Positions 51,775 to 64,000 of a stretch of DNA of 64,000 nucleotides are shown piece by piece. The position numbers and the translations under genes are program-made. Where the stretch lies: NCBI GenBank assembly GCA_037447605.1, contig CM074805.1:4497361-4561360 (forward strand). The letters run 5' to 3'. This DNA is from Zygnema circumcarinatum SAG 698-1b. Its lineage: Eukaryota; Plantae; Zygnematophyceae. Numbering within the stretch: the first letter of the stretch is position 1; every line of letters begins with the position of its first letter. Under the pieces are notes generated by a model that had not been told where the DNA came from, did not search any database, and worked only from the letters and a program-made list of their open reading frames with translations.

Positions 51775-52952
51775 TGTAGCGTAGTGGAGCTGCGCTCAAC
51801 GGATCCGCGTCAGTTCAGTTGTACTTGATGTATGCCTCTTCAGTGTCACGGATCAGCAGAATCCAGGAGCTGCCAACGGAGGATGCGAGAAGGCAGTGCC
51901 ATGTGTTGGCGGCCCACGGAACAGCACATCATCNNNNNNNNNNCCGTCACTCTCTCCCTTACTCTGTTCACTCTGACAATGGCTCAGAATACAAGGGGGC
52001 GTTTGCCGAGCTCATGCAAGACTTTCGCATCCATCACCGCACCTCTAGCCCCTACTCCCCCTGGCAGAATGGGCTTGCAGAACGTACCATACAGACCGTC
52101 AAAGACGCGTGCGTTCGCGGCTGCGCGGAGCTGGAGGCGGACAGGCGCGAGGTCGTTCCCTCCCTCTTCTTCACTTACAACACGTCTGTTCACTCCTCCA
52201 CTAGCTTCTCTCCCTACGAGCTCCTCTATGGACGTAAGCCCCGCATTCCCCTTGACCTCCTCTCTGCTGAACCCCTCTTTTACGATGATGCGCCTCCCCT
52301 GGATCGGGTAGCGCAGCTTCAGCTCTTGGCCCTACGCTTCCAAACCCTAGATTCCATGGCCTCCCATCAACTCGAACGCGCGCACAGACGCCAACTCACC
52401 GACTTTGGGAGGCGCCGACGCGCTGCTCTCCCGCCCAATCAGGTCGCGCCACGTCAGCTTGTTTGGCTCAGGAATCTCGCCAAACCGACTCAACGGGCCT
52501 TTCCTTGGTTGGGCCCTTTCATCTGTGTCGGTCCGTCCGACATTCCGGGCTGGGCCATCATTTCGGAAGGCCCTGACTCTAGTGGGAACGCCCGGCGCTG
52601 GCGTTCCCACTGGATCGACATTCGTGCCGCCACGTCAGCTGTTCCTCCCCCCCGCGATGGCTGACCGTTTGCGACCGACAGCGCGATCTCCTCCGTACCC
52701 CCCCTGCCATGACGACTCCTTATTGGTCCATTTCTACTTCCCGCCACTTTTTGCCACTTCGCCAACATTTCGCCAGCCGGTCGTCCCTTTCGATTNNNNN
52801 NNNNNATCCCCCGGTTCCTGGCTATATGCTGCAGGCAGACCCACAGCCCCAATCCAACCCTTCATTAGTTTCAGGACAGATGCACTAGTTGCCGTACATC
52901 ACCTTCAGCTAGACCAGCAGTCTCCTCTTAACCCCACTTATCTTGTGCTACA
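51775..52952 (+). mobile_element. Gypsy-type integrase element with TGTAGC...GCTACA termini and a 4-bp TSD (true length hidden by two gaps)
   Basis: TSD AACG at 51771-51774 and 52953-52956, recognisable by comparison with the uninterrupted hAT copy. Gaps at 51934-51943 and 52796-52805. Confidence 0.85.
51944..52664 (+). CDS. Retroviral/Gypsy-like DDE integrase, C-terminal part (rve core plus GPY/F module)
   Basis: VHSDNGSEY...SSPYSPWQNGLAERTIQTVK...SPYELLYGRKPRIPLD...PWLGPF; open frame from the gap to the stop at 52664; no chromodomain. Confidence 0.85.
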
Positions 52953-53475
52953 AACGCCAAAACGACCTAATTTTGGTATGGTACGACCGTACGACCGTAC
53001 GAGTACGGTCGTACGGTCGTTAATTGTTCAAAACGAGTGGGTATAATATATGTAATAAAGTATTTTACTTTGTAATATATTACTACTTTTAAACCCGTTG
53101 TAAAATATATAATTTATTCGGAATTTATAACGCGGGCCATCCCTAGTGACCATGCGACAGCCAGCTGCCGCCCGGTACGTCAGCTGGCTGGAACACGGAA
53201 TGCGTACGGTTTGTTGGATTATCGGCCATTTCGGATGGCCACACTCTGATTGGCGGCCTTAAGATTTGGGATGTGCTTGGAGTGGTTTGCAGTGCGCCTC
53301 CAGCGTGCCTTCTTTGGTCAACCATTTCGATACCCTATCGGTATAGTATCGCCGTATCGGGCTCCAAAGCCTGACAATAATATCGACCAATTATCAGGCT
53401 CTTTTGTTACAAACCAGTTTCCTAACTAAAAGCCGAGTTTGTTAAATAAAATAAATAACTAAAAGTAGGAAAATG

Positions 53476-53605
53476 CTATTTACACACCCTTTTTGTCTAG
53501 ATGTACACCTTTTTTCCGCCGGTCAGATTTTTTTTCCGAGTTCTATGGGTACAGTATCGGTTTTTTTTCAAGGTGTGTATCTAGAAAAAAAAGGTGTGTA
53601 AATAG
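53476..53605. repeat. ~130-bp hairpin (MITE-like inverted repeat) upstream of CYP38
   Basis: Left arm ctatttacacacccttttgtctagatgtacacctt (53476-53511) pairs with right arm aaggtgtgtatctagaaaaaaaaggtgtgtaaatag (53570-53605). Confidence 0.75.
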
Positions 53606-53975
53606 TGATTCCAAGAAAAAAAGATACGTTATCGTCAGGATAAGGCCGCCTTTCCTGGAACTACGCTGAGGCGGCCACGTGGCCCTATATAAGTCGTTGT
53701 TGGTGGTCTGCCACGTCAGCCCTAAATTTGCAAGCACTCCCCCTTCCTGCAGTGCAGCTCCCCTCCCTACATTGGACGGCCTCCTGCAAATAATTAGGCA
53801 CTCCCTCCCGGGCTCTTGTAGGCCCTGCTAGCGCTTCAACAGGGGAAGATTAAAAGTTTTTTGCTGCAACATTAGGGCGTGTGGAAGGGTGGTAATCAAA
53901 GGGGCAGTAGAGGAGAGAGACGGAAGCGTTTGAAAGGAGGTTTGGAGGTTGCAGGGCTGCGAACAAGAAGTATCT

Positions 53976-56900
53976 ATGGCTTGTCAGAGCTATTCAGTTT
54001 TGCAAGGAGGCGAGATATCCCGCCTGAAGGATGGCTTTTCAGAAGCTAAGCCATTTCATCAGAAAGCATTTTATGGCTCCCTGGTGCCCAGGAAGGCAAG
54101 CGGGAATGGAGAGAGCAGGCTGCAGGCGCCACTAAAATGTCAAGCAAGCATTTTGGTAGGATATTCCTCTAGCCTTATATTTGTTTGTATTGCGTTTCTA
54201 CCAGCTGAAGAGCCGGATGTTTACCACATTGAGCTGAAACCTACACCTTCATTGTTGTTCAAGGCATCTGGCATGTCGGCAGCATTTCTGCACTTTGCAC
54301 GTTTCACAGTGAACGTTGCTGAACAAGTAAATTTGTAGGAATGCCTCTCAGGCTCGCTATATCCAGGTCAATAAGTCTTTGATTATTTTTGTCAAAACCA
54401 CAATCCATTCAGCATTCCGTTAAAGGTGCTCTCACAAGCGTTCTAACGGCACATTGTTGAACTTGCAGAACGAGGAAAGTAAAAATAATGCCTACTCCGC
54501 CGTTAGTCATTTTCAGAAATGTGCTCTTGCTCTTGGAGCTGCAGCAAGCATCATGCTACCTCCGAGCGTAGATGCCATAGCAGGTGAATATGCCGCAACC
54601 AGCAACGCTAATAAAGCCGTTTCCGAGCTTTCAGTGCTGATCGCCGGACAGCCCGTGAAGGACCCTTACGCACTGCTCCGCTACTCTCTGCCCATCAGCA
54701 ACAAGCCCATCAGAGACATCCAGTTCCCACTTGAACTTATCACGGAAGACCTCAGGCTACCTGGCTTGAAGGCGCTAGACCCTGTGGAGAAGGTGAGGTG
54801 TGGCAGCTGCATGTATGCATTTGCCTGACAGGGAATGCAAGAAAAGTGATGGGAGGAGGGGGAAATGTGGGGAAGTGGAGGGTGGGGAGAGGGAGAGAGG
54901 GGGAGGGAGGAAGGGAGGGGGCAATGCAGGCAGGGATGGGGAAGGGAGTGAAGGAAGTAGGGAATAACCGGCTTAGAATGGCGAAGGGCGGGTGGGAGAG
55001 TGGGAGGGGTGTGGATTGGAGTGTTTTAAGGACGGGAATGAGAGAGTAAGGGCCCTGGAACGTAAAGATACTGCCATGGAAGGATGAAACACAGCTTTGG
55101 CTGTGCAGGCATTTCATATGGAGGTGGTACGATGTAAAGATATTGTGCACGTAAAGAAATTTGTTTTTGGTCAGTTTGAGGGGTCCATTGGGGTTGTTGT
55201 CAACTAAACTCTTTCGGATTATTCTCCTCCTTAATTTTCTTGTGTTTCCCTTTTTTTTTCTTTTTTCCTTCCTTTCTGGGCTTGTGCATTGACTTGCGAT
55301 TTAATACGTTCTCTTGCTCTGTGTGGCTTATGAGAGTCTTGCAGAATATTCGCCAGGCCACCAGGGTCCTCAACCAGAGCAGGGATGCCATTCTAGCAGA
55401 TGTTGCGCCGGCAAAGAAGGAGAATGCGAAGGTGCTGTTGGGACAGTTGAGTGACAGTCTCCAGGAGTTTATGGAGATTATTCGCAACAAGAACAGGCTT
55501 GCCATATTGCCCAAGCAGAAAGAGCTACTTGCGATTGTGGGCGAGTAAGTCTCTTGAAGTTGTCTTTGACGGAATACTGGAAAGCCTTAAATGTATGCTT
55601 GGTTCCTTGCTGGAATATATACTGTCATCTTCATTCAAAGTGTGTGTCTCGATTGAACTAGCTAGAGAAGTCCGCTCTTGACAATTATAGTTGACACATG
55701 GAAAAGTAGGAAAAGTATTCTTTTTCTGGAGAAATGTTTGATTTGCTTGCGAAAGGAATATGCCAGTTTAACCCACTCACTCGTGCATTCCTTATGTGCA
55801 GCATCCAAGAGGATATGGTCGCCAGCTTCCCTTATCAGATCCCGGAGGAATTCGCCAACAAGCCATTGCTAACAGGCCGGGCAAGAGTAGAGATGAAAAT
55901 CAGGCTGGTTGACAACCCTAACTTGAAGAACGTAACTTTGGAAATGGTTATTGATGGCTATAATGCGCCCGTCACTTCCGGCAACTTCATTGACCTTGTG
56001 GAGAGGCACTTTTATGACGGCATGGAAATTCAAAGAGGTCAGTTAGTGTCTGTAAGGCAATACTGCAACCAAAGAGCTTCCTGAATCAAAATCTCTTTAC
56101 TAGGATTTGAAGCCCAGCCCTGATTTGAATTGAGGGAAGGCAAATTTCATCCTCTAAAATGTGCAAAGCTGGCATGTGCTTGACATTTTTGCAGCCGATA
56201 ATGGATGCAGCAGGCATGGGGTGAATATAGCAGAACTCGAGCACTAGAACTCAGCTCAGACATCTTTTTGTAAAGTTTGGAATGATTGAAGCCCGGCCAG
56301 CGTGGCAGATGAAGGTCATTCCCAACATTATCTTTGCAGACCGAAGTTCCAGTTACAAGTAGGTGACTACAGTCAAGATCAACATATTGAACAGTTTTGT
56401 ATGAAATTGCTGTGCAGCGGATGGCTTCGTAGTGCAGACTGGAGACCCAGATGGCCCTGCCGAGGGTTTTGTGGATCCCAATACGGGGGAACTTAGGACT
56501 GTTCCTTTGGAGATTTTTGTAGAAGGGGACAAGGAGCCAATCTATCACGATAGTCTGGAGGTATTTCTTTCTGAACGAACCGATCTAATGGACTTGATTG
56601 CGGTTTGCCTCTTCTTCCACGATTATTGGATTAAAGTGAATGTTTGGAATGGGGTATGGAGCTCCATGATTATTCAGATGATGTTGAAGTTTGGGTTTTA
56701 AATTGAAGGTGGGTTCAAAAGTCAATCGGTCGCCCTTTTCTTACAAAAGCTGAGAGGGTGCTCTTTAACAGGAGAGACAGCTGGATCTTGGATCGAGTAA
56801 GATGAATTTGAACGTTAAGCCCTTCTCAAAAGAATGAAGAACAAGTGTAGAACCATAAGAAATTTACTCTTTTAAATATAAAGGTAGATAGAGCTGAGGA

Positions 56901-57554
56901 GCAACATATCTTGGGAGGAAAGCCTTCTTGACTCATGAAATTTTGTCTTGAATAAATTCCAGGAGCTCGGTCGCTACAGAGCAACTGTACGATTACCATT
57001 CAACGCCTTCGGCACACTTGCTATGGCCAGAGAGGTGTGTGGAACTATCCCTTTTTTCCCCTCTCAATCTATAAGCCAAAAGGAGTGCCTCCCAGTCAGA
57101 GCAATAGTCAGCTAGCAGTTCATTCCCGTAATCCTCATGCCTATAATGAGACCCAGCAATGTTAAGGGCACCAAGCCTCCTATTCCTCCCTCGCACTATT
57201 CCTCTCCGCTCCTCATCTCGGTCGTAATCTTCTACCTGCCTCGCTGATATTCTTCGAAAGCCTCTATAACTTTGAGAAGGCAGTCGTTAGTTCAATAATA
57301 AATGACTGAGTTCAGGATTGGCTTTTCCGCCTGCGCAGGAGTTCTCGAACGATTCGGCTTCAAGCCAAGTATTCTGGCTGCTGAAGGAGAGCGAGTTGAC
57401 TCCAAGCAATGCCAACATATTGGATGGCCGCTATGCGGTTTTTGGATATGTAGTGGAGAATCAGGACCTCCTGGCAGACTTGAAGGTGGGCGACGTCATT
57501 GAGAGCATGAGAGTGGTGCAGGGGCTCGACAATCTTGTCAATCCCACCTACAAG
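53976..57554 (+). CDS. CYP38: Thylakoid lumen cyclophilin CYP38/TLP40 precursor (last few codons not located)
   Basis: Exons 53976-54155, 54469-54792, 55345-55544, 55802-56037, 56418-56560, 56963-57034 and 57339-57554. Motifs: [99 protein letters not shown]. Confidence 0.93.
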
Positions 57555-57900
57555 GTGTGCCCTCAACACCCTCAAAACTGTAAAGATTATACCTGTCAAG
57601 GTGTCCCCATTACCTTCAAACCCTTAGAAGTCCTACTATAAGGTGCCCCAGATACACACAAACTCTAAAGGTCTTACCTACAAGGTGACCTCAGCACCCT
57701 CGAACCTAAATATTCTACCTACAACCCTCGATACCTCAAACCCTACGAATCCCACCTGCAAGGCAACTCAATGATACCTTCGAGCCCTACAGGTCCTATT
57801 TACAAAGTGCCCTCAAGCCGTAAATATCCTACCTATCGAGCGCCCTCATTACCCTCAAGCCCTAAAAACTTATCTACAAGGCTCCCTCAAACCCCAAAAA
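57545..57900. repeat. Degenerate ~35-45-bp minisatellite beginning at the last recognised CYP38 donor site
   Basis: Repeated units such as cctacaaggtgtgccctcaacaccctcaaaac and cctacaaggtgacctcagcaccctcgaacc. Confidence 0.7.
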
Positions 57901-59415
57901 ATCGTACGGACAAAGACGAATTACAATGTACTGTAGGTACAATTTCTAGTTGCAAGAATCGTACTTTCAAGATGCCCTCAATACCCTCAGGCCCTAAATT
58001 TCTGACTAGCTACTGAAAATGACATCATCTTCGTTCTATGAGTGCACTAAGGACTCAACTGTATGTCTTATTGGTTCTTTCTTTCTCTATTTTTTTTCAC
58101 CTCTTGCAGTAACGTCGCAACGAGTCTCCAACCTCTTAAAAACTGCAATGAAGCTCTTGACTTCAATCCGATTATCCGTGTTGCGAGTTTGTGGTAAACA
58201 TGATACCTTTCACATGGGAGAAGTGTTTATGCGGTTATTATGTTATCAGTTTGTTGGGTTTAGGGTTTAGCGTAACCCGATCAAGTTTTGGTACCACTTT
58301 TTGATCTTGTAGGTCCATTTTTGATAGGATTGGAGGGGGGAGCCCTTCGAGAGGCTCCTTTGGATCAGCAGGCGGTGAAGTACCCCATGCTGTCAGAGTA
58401 GGGCAGTCAAACTGAGCACATGGAACTGAGCGCATGGAACATTGTATTTTTGTTGATAAAAATTAGAAAGTTGAACGCAAATGCCTTGTTGTTGATAGAG
58501 TTATCGTGACTGTTTCCGTTCAATGCAAAAATGACGTTCTCGGTTATGGACAGCATGGAACTGGTCATTGAGAATGTCCAATCACCGCGAATGCAGGTAG
58601 TAATCTGCAGTACATCTGTCAGCAAACTTAGTCGACAACATCTGCATTATTTCAAAAAAAAAAAAAGAAAGACTAAGATAATGTCACGCATCACTTTATT
58701 GTGGCATTCAGACCAATCAAACGAACAGCCCAGCTATACATTTGGACCTTTTAGAATTCTTTAAGTTTCTTAACCAATGGCGAGAAAATTTTGAAGTAGA
58801 AAAGTCCAGGGAAACAATCCTGGAAAGAAATTCCACTAGGGGATGCAATAACAACCGTAAAGTGACATCCGAGAAAGTTACAACAGCACCATCTCGTCAA
58901 AAGGAGAAGAAACACTCGTAAAATTTAGGAACTGGAATAAGACAAGAAAATGCACAGAAAAAAAAGGACAGTGATGCCTTAGAGCTTCTTCAACTGTAGC
59001 ATCAAGAGCACAGCTACCGTGCTTGCGCTTGTAATTGGCAGGACTTGCATTAGCTTTCACTAAAAAGCAGACAATGCGCCTACCATAAACCCCGCTTCCT
59101 GTTCTTGATGCAAACAAGGCAGCTTTCAATAACAGCGCAAACTCGTCCTTATTCGCCTGATGACACCAGATATACTAATGAACTCGAATGAAAATGCAGG
59201 TACTGTTACGTTTTTTTGAAGACTGAGCTTCCTCCTTGCGGCAATCCGCGATCAGCACCGCCACGCTTGGCTTCCCTCCCTCGCCAAGAGCCACTCGCTC
59301 AGAGCGCAGCAGATATTACGCCCCACATCCTTCTCCGCTCCCCTCTCTCAACACAAATCCCCCTCCTCCTTCCCCCTCCCCCTCCCTCAACTTCCCTGCC
59401 CCCCCACTCTCTCTC

Positions 59416-59447
<32 letters not shown>

Positions 59448-59466
59448 CCTCCCCCATCCTCATCCA

Positions 59467-59619
59467 CTAGAGCTCCAGCTTGAGCTCGTCCGAGTCCTTG
59501 GAGAGCAGGTGCAGCGCGAAGGGCAGGAGGCGCACCACCACGAGCCACGCGCCCACCATGGCCAGGTGCTGCTTCAGCTGCCTGTGCGCCACCGCCTTGT
59601 CGGGCCGCCGCGGAAACAT
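59467..59619 (-). CDS. TOM6: Mitochondrial import receptor subunit TOM6 (50 aa; below the ORF-track cutoff)
   Basis: ATG at 59619 to TAG at 59467 gives MFPRRPDKAVAHRQLKQHLAMVGAWLVVVRLLPFALHLLSKDSDELKLEL, matching the remembered plant TOM6 pattern MFP...R.PDKA.A..QL..H....G.W.V..R..P..L......EL. Confidence 0.88.
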   Translation of the reverse strand: MFPRRPDKAVAHRQLKQHLAMVGAWLVVVRLLPFALHLLSKDSDELKLEL

Positions 59620-59635
59620 GGCTACCGCCCTGCAC

Positions 59636-59735
59636 AACCCTAAAACCCTGAACCCTAAAACCCTGCAAGCCCTGCCTCCGCAAAACCGCAGTAAGCGACT
59701 ACCCCGGCGACCGCACCCCCCTTCGAAACCCTAAA
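59636..59735. promoter_or_regulatory. Telo-box-like (AAACCCTA) motifs immediately upstream of TOM6
   Basis: aaccctaaaaccctgaaccctaaaaccctg and gaaaccctaaac. Telo-boxes are known near plant housekeeping-gene starts; function here is inferred only. Confidence 0.45.
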
Positions 59736-60486
59736 CGCTGTACGGACCGCTCGTGTGTGGACGCGCGCCATGGAATGGGGGCCCGCCAAGTGTACTCAAA
59801 TGTCTACGTGGCGAACCGCCATTGGTGGAACTTGACTACTTTGTTTGTTTCACCTTAGGCCCTAGGGTCTAGGGTCCAGGGTCTAGGGTACAGGGTCTAG
59901 GGCCTAGTCTAGACCTACGACCGTACAGGCAAAGTCCAGAATTGGATTTTTTCTTACAAATCAAATTTGCTAGCCAACAGTTAGCTTTTTTTTTTTTCGT
60001 TTTTACTGTTCGCTAACAGCCAGACTGACCAAACTTTACCCAACTGACTAAACTGATAACGTTAACTAGTAATTGACTTAACTAAACTTTAACTAATGAT
60101 TGACCAATATCTGCCGACTACAACGGTCCGAGCTTGTCGCAAGTTGCGACTCGCAACCGCCAGAAACCTCCAAAAAGGAAAAAACGACAGCGGGACCACC
60201 CTTTTGGCGGTTAGCCGCTTGCGCCGCCCAAGCCAGGTGGCTGTCCACCACGTGGCGCTACGCGGTTGGCTTCAGGCGGCAACAACGGCGGCGGGCCGAC
60301 CGTACAAGGACTCGCCGGCGGCTCGTGTGGGCGCGCTGATGACGCATGCGGTTTATACGGCAGGGTGAATATGATGTCAGCAACCAAACGCCTCTCAATC
60401 TCTCGAAGCAGCTGCCAGCTCACATAACCCTAAAAACCCTAAAAGCCCTTAAACCCTTTTTGCGTTGCAGTAGGCAAAAGCTTTGT

Positions 60487-61990
<1,504 letters not shown>

Positions 61991-62852
61991 ATTCAGCTTA
62001 TGTGTTCGATCAGTTTCCGTTTCAGTTCACTTCACATAATTAAGGTTCGAAGACATTTCTATAAAAAGGCAACGCACGAGGATCTTGATCCGTAGCCTGT
62101 TATTTTTTGTCTCTTTGATGCCATCGTGAGATCGAGGGAAGCAAATTTCTTTCCTCAATCGCCAATGGAATAATGAAAATCGCTCATCACAATTATTCAG
62201 TCCCTAGAGAGAATTGAGAAACGGCCTAGCAAGCCCTAGTGTCTCCTAGGGGACACTATCAAGAAGGATACTTTTTGATTGGAGAGATGCGCCACTGACC
62301 TCACGATGGCGATGATGCATGCCATCAAATGGACATGGACAACATCAGCATCATGGGAAACCACAAGGAACTAAGGACAAAAGGAATTTTTTTTTGAGGT
62401 TGAGGTGTGACAGATGATTCAAATGCCGTGGAAAATTCTCCTACTCAGACCGTATTAAGGGTTTTTAGGGTTTCGGGGGTGTCAGACTTTACAAAATCTT
62501 ACGAAAAGCATAACGGAAAATAAAGTTACGAAAGTACTCGTTTTAGTGTCAAACTTACAAACTGACACACTGACGTTTTTTAAGCATAAAAGCATAAAAA
62601 TTGTGAATATTGTTGATGTATAGATACATCAAGGTTGTTGGTACTTAGTTCCTCGCATGAGTGTTGTCCACGAGAACAATATTGTGTTGGGACAATGTCA
62701 TGCATGAAAGGTCATGTTTGGTGTAGGACCAAACATGGGGGGGGGGGGTGCCCGTATCGTTAGGGCACGGTACGACAGGTCTAGGGAAGGTCTAGAGTCG
62801 TAGGGTTACGGCTTAGGCTTAGACCGTACCAAAGGGGGTGCGCGGAATGCGC

Positions 62853-63447
62853 TGTAGCGTAACGGAGCTGCGTTCGACGGATCCGCGCCCGTTCAGTTGT
62901 ACTTGACATGTTCATATTCAGTGTCACCGACCGGCCTGATCCAGGAATTGCCGACGGAAAATGCGAGACGGCGGCGCCATTTGTTGGCGGCCCACGGGNN
63001 NNNNNNNNGAGGAAGGAAAAGAAGAAAGAAGAACAAGACAACAAACCACACAGCAAATACAAATACTAAGCCCAGCACTAAAAGACAAACAAGCATCACT
63101 GACATCCCATCTACTTAACACTGACAATAGATCTTGAGTCTTGGTAGTGACAGTCCCTGATTGGCCAACTGCCCACTGAGAGGCCTGACTGACTACGTGG
63201 AGCCTTCGGATAGGTCAACGAATGATAATCGGCGGCCTTAGGCGGTGTTCCCGAGTGCGCCTTGCTGGATAGTGTGCCGTTCCGTGGACCGCCAACGCAT
63301 GGCGCCGCCTTCTCTCAATCTCCGTTGGCAGCTCCTGGATTCCGTTGATCCGTGACACGGAAGAGGCATAAGTCAAGTACAATTGAACTGACGCAAATCC
63401 GTCGAACGCAGCTCCGTTACGCTACACCCCACTTATCTTGTGCTACA
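62853..63447. mobile_element. Second member of the TGTAGC...GCTACA 4-bp-TSD family, with an internal inverted ~150-bp copy of the left end
   Basis: Left end is similar to 51775-51930; right end ccccacttatcttgtgctaca is identical to 52932-52952. TSD GCGC at 62849-62852 and 63448-63451; gap at 62999-63008. Confidence 0.82.
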
Positions 63448-64000
63448 GCGCCCTCATTGGATGGAGCGCGACCGTACGGACGACGCGTGACTGTACGGAT
63501 AAATCGGAAATGTACGGACTCGGTGATTTGGACCGGAGGACCAAACTGGGCAAGAGATTCGTACGGTGAGAAAATGTCGGTAGAAAACGAAGGAAACAGT
63601 ACTGAAAATTGATGTTTGGCGAGCTTGGCACGTGATCAGTGCCACGCTTGTCGGACAAAAAAAGGACATTGTACAATAATTTGTTATGGGGGGCGACTAT
63701 TTACAGTGTACGTTTTCTGAATGTAGTGTACGTTTTCGGGGGGCAGCAAAAAAATCCTTTTTTTGGCTGCCCGGCGCTGTTTCATACTTTTCAGAATAGA
63801 TACAGACCTTTTTTCGTCGGATGTACGGATGGTGATTTGAAATGTACGAAGCGCGCGCGTCGACAAGGTATAAGGGCGCAACACGTGGAGCGACATGATT
63901 GGTCGCGGCAACATATGACGTGACAAGTATGTTTGGGACCGTGACGTGACGAAACGAGACGCGACAAAAGTGGAGTCCGTGGACGGCAGTCGGAAATGGC

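Larger units (their letters stand above)
51569..53145. mobile_element. Second non-autonomous hAT copy, inverted relative to 37943-38325 and interrupted by an integrase-bearing insertion
   Basis: TAGGGATGG...CCATCCCTA TIRs and 8-bp TSD GTGACCAT at 51561-51568 and 53146-53153. The arms 51569-51774 and 52953-53145 are the reverse complement of the first copy. Confidence 0.92.

Noticed and set aside
37943-53145. Single composite macro-transposon bounded by the outer hAT TIRs
   Set aside because: Each hAT copy has its own distinct TSD and the two outer ends are the same end type, so these are two separate insertions.
62853-63447. DIRS/tyrosine-recombinase element interpretation (inverted termini plus right extension)
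   Set aside because: DIRS elements lack TSDs and use a tyrosine recombinase, whereas this family has 4-bp TSDs and the related copy encodes a DDE integrase.

Overview
Eukaryotic, intron-containing DNA from a streptophyte plant lineage. Land-plant-type TOM6, IBR5, GAUT, RD19 and CYP38 together with an extensin-like gene suggest a charophyte-grade alga or early-diverging plant, but the species cannot be determined from sequence alone. About 12 protein-coding genes are recognisable: a 5'-truncated NIDO-domain/extensin-like gene, two tail-to-tail PRA1 genes, a two-domain rhodanese, HPPR, an RD19-like protease, a GAUT, IBR5, an At3g21465/At4g15640-like mitochondrial protein, a PP2A B' subunit, CYP38, and a 50-aa TOM6 absent from the ORF track. 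A 15-kb transposon island (37.9-53.2 kb) holds a three-LTR tandem Copia array under one 5-bp TSD, two inverted non-autonomous hAT elements with 8-bp TSDs, and a Gypsy-type integrase element with TGTAGC...GCTACA ends and a 4-bp TSD nested in one hAT copy. A second member of that family lies at 62.9-63.4 kb. The most unusual signals are the animal-ECM-type NIDO domain fused to a Ser-Pro(n) wall-protein stalk, the 4-bp-TSD integrase family with an inverted copy 21 bp inside its own end, and dense CCGTAC arrays shared by unrelated transposons. Four 10-N gaps and indel-rich transposon sequence indicate draft assembly quality. All exon boundaries and homology calls were made by eye, without database searches.
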